DNA of 63,900 nucleotides, counting the filler, from Octopus bimaculoides (Eukaryota): the NCBI RefSeq assembly GCF_001194135.2. It is 9 parts of 7 records of this genome, joined end to end, with 100 filler letters (N's around TTAATTAATTAA, not from the genome) between each part and the next. Parts side by side here need not be neighbours in the genome. Positions count along the whole stretch, not along the records: positions 62,533 to 63,900 come from NW_026321694.1; 8 more parts are not named here. The stretch is one strand, 5' to 3'. Each line of letters begins with the position of its first letter. Position 1 is the first letter of the stretch. Shown one piece after another: positions 63,816 through 63,900 of this stretch. The notes under the pieces are model-generated. The model was not told the DNA's origin. It did not search any database and saw only the letters and a program-made list of their open reading frames with translations. The position numbers and the translations under genes were made by a program.

Positions 63816-63900
63816 TTATTCCTTAAGTTTTAAATACTTATGGCTTTTTCAAATGCATGAATGTAGTAAATTTGTCAAATATATAAATAAGAAATGACCT

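Overview
AT-rich animal DNA, dominated by microsatellites and transposon debris. The SINE families, microsatellite load and HCDICGKSF-type C2H2 array point to an octopus/coleoid cephalopod draft assembly (inference). It is at least nine scaffold pieces joined by eight artificial 44N-TTAATTAATTAA-44N spacers, plus many ordinary N gaps, so adjacency across the spacers is unproven. The only convincing host coding segment is a C2H2 zinc-finger exon at 62.5-63.1 kb: six intact fingers followed by about five decayed ones. Almost all other listed ORFs are microsatellite or N artefacts. Recognisable mobile DNA: (1) at least four tRNA-derived SINE families; (2) R4/Dong-clade restriction-like-endonuclease (RLE) retrotransposon remnants; (3) a Ty3/Gypsy gag preceded by a triplicated tRNA-Trp primer-binding site; (4) Tc1/mariner remnants of four kinds (Hsmar1-like, another DD34D-like, DD37D maT, DD41D rosa-like); (5) a hAT transposase remnant and a Charlie-like MITE; (6) a 1.7-kb foldback element with ~365-bp inverted arms; (7) several Penelope-type minimal hammerhead-ribozyme motifs. 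The best novelty candidate is an R4/Dong lineage tied to (TACA)n microsatellites, with a ~110-bp fixed-length derivative embedded in (TATG)n arrays. All family calls were made by eye from translations and recalled motifs. No database search was run and many boundaries are approximate.
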